Part shown: in pieces, positions 14,018-26,864 of the stretch
Numbering within the stretch: position 1 is the stretch's first letter
Layout: every line of letters begins with the position of its first letter
Position numbers and translations under genes: made by a program
Source: Lama guanicoe
Lineage: Eukaryota
Assembly: GCA_013239625.1 (NCBI GenBank)
Contig: MU054400.1
Coordinates: 2,019,345 to 2,083,344, forward strand
DNA: 64,000 nt
Direction: 5' to 3'
The notes under the pieces: model-generated
Seen by the model: only the letters and a program-made list of their open reading frames with translations
What the model was told of the DNA's origin: nothing
Databases searched by the model: none

Positions 14018-14363
14018 AGAGGTAGCCTCTGGACAGCATGTAGTTCTAGCCTGTTCAGCTCTGAAGAAAGTATACAGAGATATCTTAATACAAGGAAAAG
14101 ACGGTGCACCTCTGAAGCGTGATGAGTCCAGAAAGGAAGAAAAGACGGCTGAGGTAAAGCTCCTTGTGGTTCATCTGACTGGGTCATTTGAGGTCATCTC
14201 TGGACGCTTACTCAAAAGAAAAGGACATTTTATGCCCCCTGAGTTACTGCAGTCCCAGTTCAATACTCTGGAGCCCCCATCAGCTCCAGAAAACTTCATG
14301 CAAATCAGTGTGGACAAAAATCCTTCAGAGATAGTTGTTATAATTATGGAAACTCTAAAATGA
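14018..14363 (+). CDS. IDNK: Gluconokinase exon 5, last coding exon ([23 protein letters not shown]...[19 protein letters not shown]...METLK*)
   Basis: Acceptor cctccccacag|A; ACSALK..YR and GHFM...LLQSQF.TLEPP motifs; TGA at 14361-14363; the five exons total 558 nt (185 aa + stop). Confidence 0.96.
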
Positions 14364-14848
14364 AGTGAGAATCCTTTCTATCAGTGGTCCAAAATAGAAT
14401 TAGGCACAAATCTCAATCTCCCATCCCAAACCATGTTGCAGTATCCTTGGTGATAAGTATTCTAGATTCTTCTTAAGGTGAACAAATGACAGTGTGCTGA
14501 GATACGCTCATTTGGGTATATTTTTAGGAATTTGTGGTACTCTTGTCATCATGCTCTGGCACATTCAGAGAAAAGGATAAGAAAATTTGAAAGCACAGCT
14601 TTAATTGAAATTTAAATTTGTGTGATCCAATCAAATGATCAGAGGAAATTCTGTAATTGATGCTGTAAATCATGACCTTATTTGGAACATCTCTGATCAT
14701 GGCTGTACTCAAATAAATGAAACTTGACTGTCCTCAGCACCCTCTGTAGACTGGTCTTGAGCAGAGATGTGTATAAAGTTGACCATTCACTAGCAAGTCA
14801 CGTTACACCACATACCTCTTAATCCTCTCTTTGGATCATTTCAAGATA

Positions 14849-14854
14849 AATAAA
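14849..14854 (+). promoter_or_regulatory. IDNK: Candidate IDNK poly(A) signal AATAAA
   Basis: AATAAA ~490 nt after the stop codon; alternative hexamers at 15868 and 15918. Confidence 0.5.
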
Positions 14855-17564
14855 AGGCATAAATAATTCATGGTTTAAAAAAAAATTGGAGACATGGAAC
14901 TTGACTGAATGAAGTGCAGGACTCACTCATTCAGTCTGCCCCCCACTCATTTATAGAAAGCCCTGTGATTACCAGTCTGGTTATCAGCCGACCTACCTCC
15001 CTGCTGTAAAAGCCATAAATAGACACTAAGCAGGCGAGCAAGGAACATGAGTTGCTATGGCCCAAACCTGAAACAAAACCTTCCAATGGGCAGCAACGTG
15101 CCGGTGGCAGCCAGTTCGGCGAGGCTGTGGGGAGGCTGGAGGTGATGGTGTGTTGCTCACACACAGCTTACCAGGCACCAGCTAGCAAAGCTGCAACACG
15201 GCCAGCAAAGGTTGGTTTGAGCCCTTCCCCCATGGGACTCCAAGAAGCTTCCTTATCCTTCTATCCTAACCAGGGCCACTGGCTGGTTCTGGCCAGAAAG
15301 TGAGTTTGGAACCAATTACCTGTTTTCTTTCACAAGGATATACTTTTTTTTGTCTCAGGAACTGCAAAAAGTATGTCTATGTAAAGAGTAAAGGGCCCTT
15401 CTGGGTGGATGGACCTTGCCTAAACAAATGGGAAGCCCTGGATCTTCCTCTCTACCAGACTATTTGGGGTACCTCCTGCCTGGTTTAGGTTTATGTGAAC
15501 ATTCATATTCAAGGTCTAGGTCCTAAAGTTGACCAGTCAAGATAATCTGGCTAGACGAGAGTCACCCTCAGGTGTAGAGAAAGGACTCATTCAGCTCAGT
15601 GTACTCGGTGAGTCTGTGCTAAGTGCTGTGATGGGCGTTGTGGAGAGCTCGAGGACCTGTAACACAAAGCCCTGGCTCTCAGGGAACCTACGCTGGAGTG
15701 GAAAGACAGAGCATCTTCTATCCTCTGGTACCAGCTGCAGTTCTCAGTGAAGGCAGTTCTTCACAAGAAAGAATTTTCAGATATCCTGCTAGACTTTCAA
15801 GTAGGATCAAACGAAAAAGGCTGTTTATAATTATAGGAACATTGAATCTAACTCTCTATTACATATAAATAAAAACATTTTCGCAGTTTTAATATATACT
15901 GAAATTTCCAAGACTGCAATAAAGGGAAAATGGTATCCTACTTTAGTTTTAACTTTACTAAGAGTTATTTACTATTTCAGAAAGTCACAGTCAATTTGTC
16001 AGGAATACAACCATCTACATCCACCTGCATTTCTAATTCTTTATTCTCAGTGATCTACTGATGGGCAAAGCACCAAACTAACTCTACTGTGTTCATCTAC
16101 TGTAGCCATGTCCAAGCATCACATACTGAGACCCACTGGTTTCTTACACGTCACTTTCCCTTTTTCCTCCCTTCAGAGTTGAAGTATCATATTATTTGCT
16201 TAGGTAAGTTTTATTAGGAATTAATCTCACTTCAAGATGACAAAGGGGGCATGAGACAATAGTTATTTAAAAAAAAAAAAAGATGCTGGTGGGGCTGAGA
16301 ACCATGGCTCTGATCTTCCCAAGAATGGCCACAGGGAGGGAGGCTGCAGTGTGGGCCAGTACTGCCCTCTTGTGGCCCTGGGGGACATACAAGCACAAAC
16401 TGCTCTCCCACCCTTAAGAACCCTATCTAGTTGCCAAGGGCCAAATCTCTGGGTCAGATGCAGTGGAATGCTGCTCCCCACCCAGCCCTGACCACACCCC
16501 TGCCCAGCCTCTATGACCTGGGAAGAAGGGGCAAGTAAGAAATGTTTGCAGTGGTTCAAAAATAGATGCCAACCAAAGATTTCCTCAGTCCTGCAAATAC
16601 CACGTAACACACCCTCTGGTAGGACTCCCCACCACCAGAAAAGACGTTTGGCTTAAACATTCTCCTCTTCTATTAAATGGGGTCACCGCCTGCCTCATAA
16701 AGTTAAGGGAACTGAGATAACATGCAAAGTGCTGAGACTGAAACACAACATACTAACTGTTCAACAAATGTTAGCTCTTGTATTACTTGTCATCCCCTGG
16801 CATCTGAGGCCAGAGGCTGAAACTTCTGTGTGGGAACTTAGGAACCCCTTCTGAGTGAGTCTTCAGTCTTTGGGCTCTAATAGGCCTCCTCCCTGCTTCC
16901 CAGCCCTTGGCCAGGTCAAATCAGGCAGAGTCTGAGATGATGTCCTTGAAGCCCAGGGTGACTGGACAACCTGCTCAACAGCAGGCTCTGGAATCAGGAC
17001 CCCGAAAATGCTGGGCTCTCGGTGCAGCACTGGGTCACATACAAGGTACCTGTCACCACATGCCGTCAGAGGTCCAGTACTCGTGTCCTGTGCTTCACTA
17101 GAGACTGCTCTGATGAGCAGACTTTTCAGTGGGTAGGAGTGCAAGAAGGGAGAAATTAAAATAGGCTGACTTAAAGATACCATCAAGTAGAGATTTTAAT
17201 TTTCTGAAACTGTAATATGCAGGTTTATTCTCCATTCACTGAGTAATAAATCTGTATATTTAAAATGATTGAGATTGGAATATTAACTATTATGGGCATT
17301 AATGAATGCCCAATAATTACCAAGGAAATATTTGATTGATTAGATGTCAGGCCCACAAGCTGGGTTGGGCATCAATGTTTCAACCCCTACAGAATCTCAT
17401 GTGAAATCTAGCCTGGAGCTGATTTCCAAGTAATCTTGAATCTCTCCAGTGGAGCTTTCCCCCCAGCAAGCAATCTTAGATGCTGTGGGAACTTTAATTT
17501 CACTTTGTGGATGAAGGTTGAAAAGTCATGGGCCATTGCTCAATAGGACCCTAGACCTCATCAC

Positions 17565-17950
17565 TTGTGAAAGGAGGAGTCGGTCAATGTAGCAAACTTC
17601 ACTGTTGTCTTACTGGAAAACAATGCCACAGCCACCCCAACCTTCAGCAGCCACCACCCTGACCAGTCAGCAGCAGCAAACATCAAGGCAAGACTCTCTA
17701 CCAGCAAAACGATTACAACTCACTGAAGCTCAGATGGCTAGCATTTTTCAGCAGTAAGTATTTTAATTAAGGTATGCACATTGTGTTTTAGACATAATGC
17801 TATTGCATACTTAATAGATTACAGTATAGTGTAAGCATAACTTTTATATGCACTGGGAAACCAAAAAATTCATAGGACTCAATTTATTGCAACATTAGCT
17901 TTATTAAGGTGCTCTGGAACTGAACCCACACAATCTCCGCGGTACGCCTG
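17565..17950 (+). mobile_element. Tigger1 DNA transposon, 3' end
   Basis: gccacagccaccccaaccttcagcag...ctggaactgaacccacacaatctccgcggtacgcctg followed by TA; matches the Tigger1 terminus. Confidence 0.85.
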
Positions 17951-17959
17951 TATTATATA

Positions 17960-18220
17960 ATTTCATTTATATGATCCAGAATAGGTAAATCCATAGGAGA
18001 CAGAAAGCAGATTAGTGGTTGCCAGGAGCTGGGGTAATAAGGGGAGGAATGGTGACTGCTTAATGGCTACGAGGTTCCCTCTTGGGATGACAAAAAGTTC
18101 TGGATGATTGTGATGGTAACACAATACTGAATGAATGTACTTAAACAACACTGAACTACGTATTTTTAAATGGTTACAACAGTAAATTTTGTTATATCTG
18201 TATTACCACATTTTTCAACA
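17960..18220 (+). mobile_element. Old L1 (L1MB/MC-like) 3' end
   Basis: gacagaaagcagattagtggttgccagg...cactgaact...tttaaatgg motif. Confidence 0.7.
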
Positions 18221-18689
18221 AAAATGAAAATCAAAGGCCTTCTCTTCTCCCTCACAAGAGCCGAGCCTTTCTCACTAATCTTATTACCAAATGCTAATAA
18301 GACAGCCGACTAGAATGCATGCTTCCTTTGGACAGACTGTTTTGCCAAAGGTGGGTGCTCGCTCAGGTGTACCCTATTCCTTCTACAGCATTCAATAAGC
18401 AGTTGAGTCCCTAGTTCTCCCTTGAGAGAGAGTGAACACTGGAGAACAAAAATGTGCTCCTCCAACATTTTTCCCTTTCAGGGATCACAGTGTGTGTGGT
18501 AGATTAAGACAACCACAAATTCTATGACATCGTACCCAGCAAGCAGCTGGGCCTATGACCCTAAAATCTGGGCAAGCTAAGACTGCATGACCATCAGAAT
18601 ACGGGACAAATGGCACTGGGGTAGTTGAGGGGCCAGACTTCAAAAAACTGACAAGCTTTCCTTTTTCTTGAAATATTTGCTCTTGAAAC

Positions 18690-18972
18690 CTATCAACCAT
18701 GCTGTGAGGAAGAGAAAGCAGCCCTGCAGAGGCCCACGTGGAGAGGAACTGAGACTCCGACTGCACTCCTAGATGAAAACACGTAGCAGTTAAACAGCTA
18801 CGTGAGCAAGCCCTCTTGAAAGCCAGATCTCCAGACCCAGTCAGTTTGCTCCAGCAGTATTCACCAATCCTCGCCAAACTGCTCATTCATGAATAAAATT
18901 AATGGCTGGTTTTGCTCTAAGCCACTAAGCTGTGGAGTAGTTTGTTATGAAGGAGCATTAGATAACCACAAC
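18690..18972 (+). mobile_element. MLT1-type MaLR LTR, 3' half
   Basis: ccatgctgtgaggaag...cccacgtggagaggaactgag...taagccactaag...gtagtttgttatg...agataac. Confidence 0.7.
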
Positions 18973-20118
18973 ACAGTGGAAATTCCCTTCCCTCTGTGGA
19001 AAGGAGAGGAAAATGGGTCTGAATAGCTTTTTAAAAAAAATCTAGCTTGAATACACAGCAATTACTATGTATCCCATTGAAGAATTAGGGCCCACATTTA
19101 GCTTTGGTCTTCCAGTGGAAACTATACTGGGAGCTCCTGTGTATGCCTAGTTCTGTTCTAAGCATAGTGTGGTAAGCAAGACAGCCTGGGTTGTGGACCT
19201 GGGACAACTTATGTTATAATTAGGGAGCCTGAAGCACAAATGTTAACGTGTGTAAACTGGAATTACAGTCTGAGGATGTGCTTCATCACCATCCCAGCTC
19301 TGGAAAAAATCTCAACCTCATTCTATTCAATTTCACTGAAGCAATGATGTTGAGAGTGGGGTGCTTTCCCTCTATTTCTGAAAGGGTTGACCACAAAAAG
19401 TAGTTCAGATGGACTGGGAAAGTACCACTGCTACTGACAAGGAAAAGCAGCTCTAGCTGAGGAAAACGATGGCTTGACAGACAAGAAAACCCTCTCCTTC
19501 ACACTTTAGTCAGTGTAACAAACATGTCTGCCTGCTTGTCTAGATCTATCTATCAAATCTATTCTGGGGAGTAAAGCTAGTGGTAACTTCTTTCTCTTTG
19601 TAGTTTTTGTGAGAAAACAATTACCCGATACTCTTCTCCTAAGTCAAGTCCTCCTCCACACACACAAACACACATGCTGCAGAGCTTCCCATCTCAGAAT
19701 ACAAAAAGCAGACTTCCTCGACACCACCGCCACTCCCCTCACCAGTTACTGCCCCCATGTCTCTGATTCTCTTTACTTCAAAACTCCGTATGTGCTGGTA
19801 TTTTCTAAGTCCACTCTAACCAGAATTTTGCCGTCATCACCCTTTAAAACCTCTATCTATCGTAATCATAGAGGTCCTTCCCTTTACTAAATCCAAAGGT
19901 TAATACTCGATCCATGATGAGTACTTGAAGTAACAGCACTTAACAGTTCGTTCACCATCTTTCTTGTACAGAAAAAGTTTCTCCACTTGCTTTCAGAGTT
20001 CCTGTCTGTTCATGCCCTTTGCTGGTTTTCTCTCAATCTCTCTGAACTGGAAGCTAAGAGTGAAACAGGGCTCAGTCTTCCCCAAGCGTGTTTACCAACA
20101 CTCTAAAATTCATCCAAT

Positions 20119-20334
20119 CAGGATTTCTCAACCTTGGCACTATTAACACCTTTGGACCAGATAAGCCTTTGTTGTGGAAGGCTGCGCCATGCATCTGAGA
20201 ATGTTAGCAACATCCTTGGCCTCTACTCACTAGATGTCAACAGCAGCCTCGCCAGATGTTGAAAGGGTGTCTCCAAACCTTGCCAAAAGCCCCCCGGGGG
20301 GGGGGGGTAAAATCACTTCTATCAAGAACGACTG
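20119..20334 (+). mobile_element. MER20 hAT-Charlie MITE
   Basis: caggatttctcaaccttggcactatt...ggcctctactcactagatg...aaaatcac...agaacgactg, with recognisable TIRs. Confidence 0.75.
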
Positions 20335-21090
20335 ATTTAGTTCCTTGGCTTTAAATACTACCTATATATATTGGCAGCTGTACAACCTGTCTGTAGCCTG
20401 AAACTCTCCTCCAACTGCCTTCTCATTATCCCCAATTATGTACCTAATCAAGTACATTTCACTAAACAGATCAAAACTAGACTTCTGATGAACACTTCTC
20501 CCTGGAAGTCTCTACCTTGCTAACTCTGCGTGACAACTCTCTTGCTCTTACCCTCACGCTTTTATCCATCAGTAAAACCTACTGGCTTGGCCTTCCAAAT
20601 TACCCTAAATCTTTCCACTTCTTACCACCTCCACTGCTATCAATCCAACCCAAGCTGGTATGATCTCTCATTGAAATTATTACCTCCCAACAGTCTCTCT
20701 GCTTCCAATCTGTCCCCTTAGTCCAGTGGCTCTCAATTGAGAACCTGTTAGAAATGCAAGTTCTCCTGCAATCCTGGGACTAGTAAATCATAAACACCGG
20801 GTATGGGACACAAAAACTGGGGTATCAAGTCCTCCACATCAAACACCTAGAGCACTCCCGGTCCCCATCTCTCCGGTCATAGTCCCTACACGACTTTCTC
20901 CCAAGCTCACCTTGCCCATCACATTAAACTCCCTGTGTTCTACAAACACAGTAAGAACATTCATATTACAGGGCATTCTAATTAGCTGTCCCTCTTCCTG
21001 AAAAGCTACTCACCCTCCAAGATATTCAAGCCTCTATTTAAATGTCACCTTCTCAAAGAGGCATTTTCTGACTACCTTATATAAAATACA

Positions 21091-21352
21091 AGTGGAGGGA
21101 TAAATTAGGAGTTTGGGATTTGCAGATACAAATTACTATATGTAAAATAGATAACCAACAAGGTCCTACTGTATAGCACAGGGAACTATATTCAATATTC
21201 AGTATCTTGCAGTAACTTGAAATGAAAAAGAATATTATATATATAATATACATATGTATAACTGAATCACTATGCTGTACACCAGAAACACAACACTATA
21301 AATCAACAATGTTTTAATTAAAATAAAATAAAGTAAAATAAAATAAAATAAA
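21091..21352 (+). mobile_element. 5'-truncated L1 3' end with (AAAAT)n tail, inserted in an L2 relic
   Basis: Same 3' UTR family as 10470-10700 and 46800-47020; flanked by ataaaatac direct repeats. Confidence 0.85.
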
Positions 21353-22837
21353 ATACCTTCTTCCTGAACTAGTCTCCTCATTGTTTTCCACCAAAGCACT
21401 TGTCACTACCTAACAGGCCATATGTATGTTTTGTTCACTGTCTGTCTTCCTACATTTCTACTATGTAAACCCTCTACTTACAGCTATACTTTGAGCAACT
21501 AGAAAAGAAACTGATATTCAACAGATGTTCAATAAATGTTGACGTTCTAAGGCAGTGGTGGCCTATGGTTTATTAGAGGAAGGATACAAATAAATTGAGG
21601 AGACACATTTAATGTTACTTTAGTATTAGCCACGAAAATTTCAGAGCAGAAAAACAAAAATCCCCAAAACTGTAAGTGAAAGAGAATGCAGCAGTTGACA
21701 TTCAGAGCATATCAACTGGTTAGCAAAGTTTAGGAAGACTTTACAGAACTGATCCCAGAAGGTAGAGTAGGCTTTATATAAGCCAAAGACAACAGATGAA
21801 ACTCCAGAGAGGAGAAGGCCATAAGCAATACTAGAGAAGCGGAGTATTCCCCAAGTGTGTTCACTGGATATAGCATTACTCTGAAGAACAGTTAAGTGAA
21901 AAGAATGGTAGAGGATAGAAGGCTGAATTAAACAGGTTTCTTTAATGCAGGACTTCTTGTTGACTTTAACATGCTCAATTTAACATGCTCTAAGAAAGAA
22001 AGTATAGTACGCAGTATTTTCCTGCCTTAACCACGTAACTTTTTTGTTTTGCACAAGGGCACAGATTATGTGCCTTAGCTTCACTTTTATCACCAATGTT
22101 AGCGACATTTTTATGTCCTATTTTGTTGTAATTTGCCTATAAACATAGTAATAATGCCTCCCCCAAACAAAAGGCCCCTCTCAGTATACTCAAGCCAAGT
22201 CTAAGCTCCAACACTGAATATACAGAGGCTAGCCGTCATTTATCTGATTTGCTACACTGAAAGATTAAATACTCCACTTAGGAAATAAAATCTTGAAATG
22301 TTATTTTCACCACTCTATTCATTTTGTAATAAATAACCCAGTATGAGAACAATTTAAGTCCACAGTATTTTAAGAGTCTTTTTAATGCTTTTAAGAATTT
22401 TAAGTATTTTGAACTCCTTAAAAGATCAGATCTAAGATGAACATATTCACAACAAACAACAACAAATCATACCAGTGCAACAACTAAAATGTCCTTAAGA
22501 GATCGCCCAGCTGGGTGTGCTGTGCAGACCTCGCTGCCACTTTCACAGTGAAATCACAATGCCTTGACTCAAAATCAGATAACTAGTCAAGTACCAAAAA
22601 TAGCAAGCAAAGCCCAGGTCACCTGACTTCCGAGTAGGTTTTCTTTTTAAACCACAATACAGTATTATGCACATATTTTAATCGAGGAAACAAAAAAATA
22701 ATGGAAAACAACTCAAGTGTGCTAAATTCTGGGGTAAATCAACTCCAAAAATCTTTAAAAGACACAGAGAAAATAAATTGAAGACATCTTTTTCTTTCAA
22801 AAAAAAGGCAAAACAAACCAAGTGTAAAAGCTAGAGA

Positions 22838-22843
22838 TTTATT
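22838..22843 (-). promoter_or_regulatory. UBQLN1: Distal UBQLN1 poly(A) signal AATAAA
   Basis: tttatt on +; on the - strand it is followed by a GU/U-rich downstream element (ttggtttgttttgccttttttt). Confidence 0.7.
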
Positions 22844-24284
22844 GTTATTTTCTGCTTAATAAATCGTCAAACTGGTTATGACACTATCCCACACTGTATA
22901 CCACCATTCGCCAGTACAAAAGTTTTTTAAACCACACTGAGGCATAAGGCAGAGAGAGCAGAGACACATGAATATCATCCTAAACAGCGTCCTCTAGTCA
23001 TGCCTCCATCCTGACCTTTGTACAATGTTTTCTTCCTGGGGAAAGTGTCAGAACAGTGTGAGGGATGGTGGGCAACCTGGCCTCTTTACCTTTTTTAATA
23101 GCAAGCAACTTACGGAAGTAATGGAATTCAACTGTATTACCCTTGATTTTACTGTCTGAATTCATTTTAGGTTACTTGAACATTTTAATTTCCTGTAACT
23201 GTACATGAGAGAATATAATGACCTAAGAGAATACTGAACCAGAGTCAGCCAAATATATTACTGACCCCAAAGTTATGTTTTAATTGGTCCTAAAGGAATG
23301 TACCACCCCAACAGTTTGAGAGTTAGGCAAACAGAACTTCTTTGGGGAGGGAAGGAAAAGCTGTAGAACAGCCAAATATACTCAGCATTGTTAAAACGGC
23401 TCTGTGTTTCTCACCTCTGAATGGTATTTCTTTACTACACTATATGCACAGATACCCTAACAGAATCTTGGATGCCAGCATTATTTAGGCTGGCCCCATC
23501 CAGGATAGATCCCCGCCCCCACCCCCCCAATTCCCCTTCTCTGAGGCTCTGAAAAGCACAATATTTAACTATTTCTTAATAGAACTACCAAAACACTTCA
23601 GAAACAAGTGGCTCACAAATCATTTTAAATTCATGTATTGCCTGTGCATGAGAAAAATGATAAACCCAAAAAAGATAGTTCTATTTTTATATGGCGATTA
23701 AAAATAACTGAAACATCAAGACACTTTCAGTGAAAGCAACATTTCAATTACAAATTGTAATGCCTGTTAAACTACCTATGGGAGAAGCTGAAAAGTCCTC
23801 GGCAAATGCACTTCTGGGTTATACTACAGTGCTCCTTCAGTCTGCACAAAGATTAAGGTAATTTACAGTCAATCTCTGAATGCTGAGACAATGATACATC
23901 ATGTTGTCTGTACAATTAAATGTCCTTAAAGAGATAACCACAATCAGCTCTTCTACTGTATTTTCAACAAACCTGACTAACCAGTACTTTTGCTGAGAGA
24001 TGTTTATCAAAGATGCTGTAAGATTCTATGCAATCAGGAAATACTCAGCTTTGAAGTATTTCCTTATCTTTACTTTTTTGGTTACAGGTGTTTTGCTCAG
24101 ATAATCTATTACAGTATGTTTCTAGAAATGCAGTCCCAAATGTGCTTACATACACTGTATACAAATAAAGCAAAAACTGTCAGTAGTATAAATCTTACAG
24201 CATTTTTGTTTGCAAAAATACATGCCAAAGTCACAATAAGCAATGTTGTACCACAAATTATAAAGCGCAAATGACTTGCTTCTT

Positions 24285-24299
24285 TTTAATGCTTTTATT
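24285..24299 (-). promoter_or_regulatory. UBQLN1: Proximal UBQLN1 poly(A) signals (AATAAA plus ATTAAA)
   Basis: The - strand reads AATAAAAGCATTAAA, ~370 nt after the stop codon. Confidence 0.6.
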
Positions 24300-24668
24300 C
24301 TACATAAATTACTACCATAGGCTAATGTTTAAAAAGCAAATAAACTGGACAGATGCAGGACAAAAATCTGTTCACCCAACTATAAAAGGTGGCATGTTTT
24401 TTAAAAATTACAATAAATGCAGAAGTGTTTGATGCATGCAGTAGCCTTAAATGAAAAAGCATTGATTCCCACTGTTCCAGGAAAAAAAAAAAAAAAGAGA
24501 GAAACCCACACATCTTATTACTGCACTCCACCTTAAAATGCATCATATTGGGTTTGTTTATAACAGCACAGAATTCCAAAAGTCAAAATGAAATAAAGCA
24601 GGTATTTTAAAGATTTAAGAGCCGTTATCAAAAATAAATTACATTTTTCCCAAGATACAGAAATGCTG

Positions 24669-24824
<156 letters not shown>

Positions 24825-26221
24825 TTAAAGAAAATAAGCAAACAAAAACTCAAAGGAAAATCAGTCCATTCACACCTAAATAATCTTTTAAAAATTTTAA
24901 CTGCTTTTTTAATAACATCTGCTGGTCTCCTAAGCTATATAAAAAGCACTGGTCTCTTTTCTGAAATATATTCAACATATTTAGAAGTCCATTTAGCACT
25001 TTATTTTAAACAGTCTAATTTATACGTAAACCATCATGTCACATAGATCTTATTAACTGCTTTAAAAAAAAAAAAGCCTAATAGACTTCAACCATTACTT
25101 TAGATATACTTAAGATGCTAATGAACATACAGGAAAACTTAAAAGTATCTATGCAAATAGTTCAGAATTAGATTATGTATTTTGTAGCTATTGACCAACT
25201 GGGTATTATAAAAGCCAGTGTCCTCATGTATACAACTCTAAAGTTCTAACGAGGCTTAGAATGTGCATTTAATTTCTGTATTGGCCAGTCAAGTCTTTAG
25301 AAAAGAGTTCCAGTTTCCAGATGCATAGACTATACTCCTGACAGTTCAGCTGCATCTTTTTTTTCCAGAAATGAGGTAAGAAAAAAATGCATAAATGATC
25401 AATCAATTCTGGGCAACCTGATAATGGTGAGGCCTGTAGATTGTTCAACTTACACAACAATTCTGTCCAATAACTAAAATCTTTTTTTCTTATTAATTCC
25501 ATGAGTATTTACTGAGCCAGAAGTTATGCCAGGTACCAAGAATATATACACTTGTGTAAGATAAAACACAGCTCTGTTTATTGTATTTAGTTAAGGCTTA
25601 AAATCATAAAGTATGCTGTATTTTCGCCATGCCCAAGTTTTAAGGATAATCTACCATAATAGGTCTGAACTGGCAATCATCTCTTTATAATGGCAGATTC
25701 TTAGTAAATGAATGTTTCCAGATGCAAGAACATTATTAGGCATGCACATTTTTCAGCCATATTTGTGAGGAGTATACATGTAACACAAGTTACCACACGA
25801 GGCAGCAGCAGGTGGGGTGAGGTAGTTAGGACTTTTTTTAAAGTCAAAATTCAAAAACTAAGGTAGAATACAGGAAGTATTTGGGATAATAAAGTTTCTC
25901 TTCTTCCTTGACAAACTTTTATAAAATATAACCTATTTCAAATAATTTTCAAACAGGGACTGCAAAAAAGAATGCATTTTAAAAGACAATTTCCAAAAAT
26001 TAAGGCAAAGCACTTCTTCCCTTCCACTAACCTTTCCTTTAGTGTCTAATATAGCACCCAAAGTAAACAATTTTTGTAATGCCTGTTTTTAAGAATCAAT
26101 ATCTTTAAGAATCTCCTTTTCATTATGGTCTACACCTGAAAGGAGAGCCATTTTTGATTTTTCTTTTTTTGAAATTTCTAAAATTAAGAAATGCAAAACG
26201 TGAACAGAAAAGAATCATTAC

Positions 26222-26390
26222 CTGAGGATTCACTCCAGCCAGAGCCTGCAGCATTTGCTGGATAAACTGCTGGTGCCCAGGCTCAGTGGTTCCTGCTGTG
26301 GGACTTGGGTTTTCACTAGGTGCAGAACTAGAGCCATTGGTTCCTGAAGAGCCTCCAGTGGTCCCTAATGTTCCCAGGCCAGGAGTAAAC
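26222..26390 (-). CDS. UBQLN1: Ubiquilin-1 exon 10 (FTPGLGTLG...[18 protein letters not shown])
   Basis: Acceptor tctctag|G, donor CAG|gtaatg; 169 nt. Confidence 0.96.
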
Positions 26391-26590
26391 CTAGAGAAAG
26401 CATGAATGAGCAATAAACCTAAACTCCTGCACAGTAAGAGTCCAGATCATGCCAGCCTGTAGTAAATCAGTTATATTTTAACACAGTATTAGCTAAGTTA
26501 TCTTCTAAAACCAAGCGTTTTTAACTTTGAAAACTGTCTTAAAAGCAATCTCAAAAAAACCCCCTCAAAAAAGCATTAGCAAACAATACA

Positions 26591-26649
<59 letters not shown>

Positions 26650-26650
26650 A
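26591..26650 (+). repeat. (TAAA)n microsatellite, ~15 units
   Basis: Perfect tetranucleotide array in UBQLN1 intron 9. Confidence 0.95.
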
Positions 26651-26747
26651 AGCAATCTCAACAAAAAAAGGCAGAATGACATTAAGTGTGAAATTCTTAG
26701 AGAAAGTAACCACTGTGCACTTCCATAACCTTCCCCAAATAAGCCTA

Positions 26748-26864
<117 letters not shown>

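Larger units (their letters stand above)
22820..24668 (-). other. UBQLN1: UBQLN1 3' UTR (long isoform, ~1.85 kb)
   Basis: AU-rich stretch with no recognisable repeats between the stop codon and the distal AATAAA. Confidence 0.7.
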
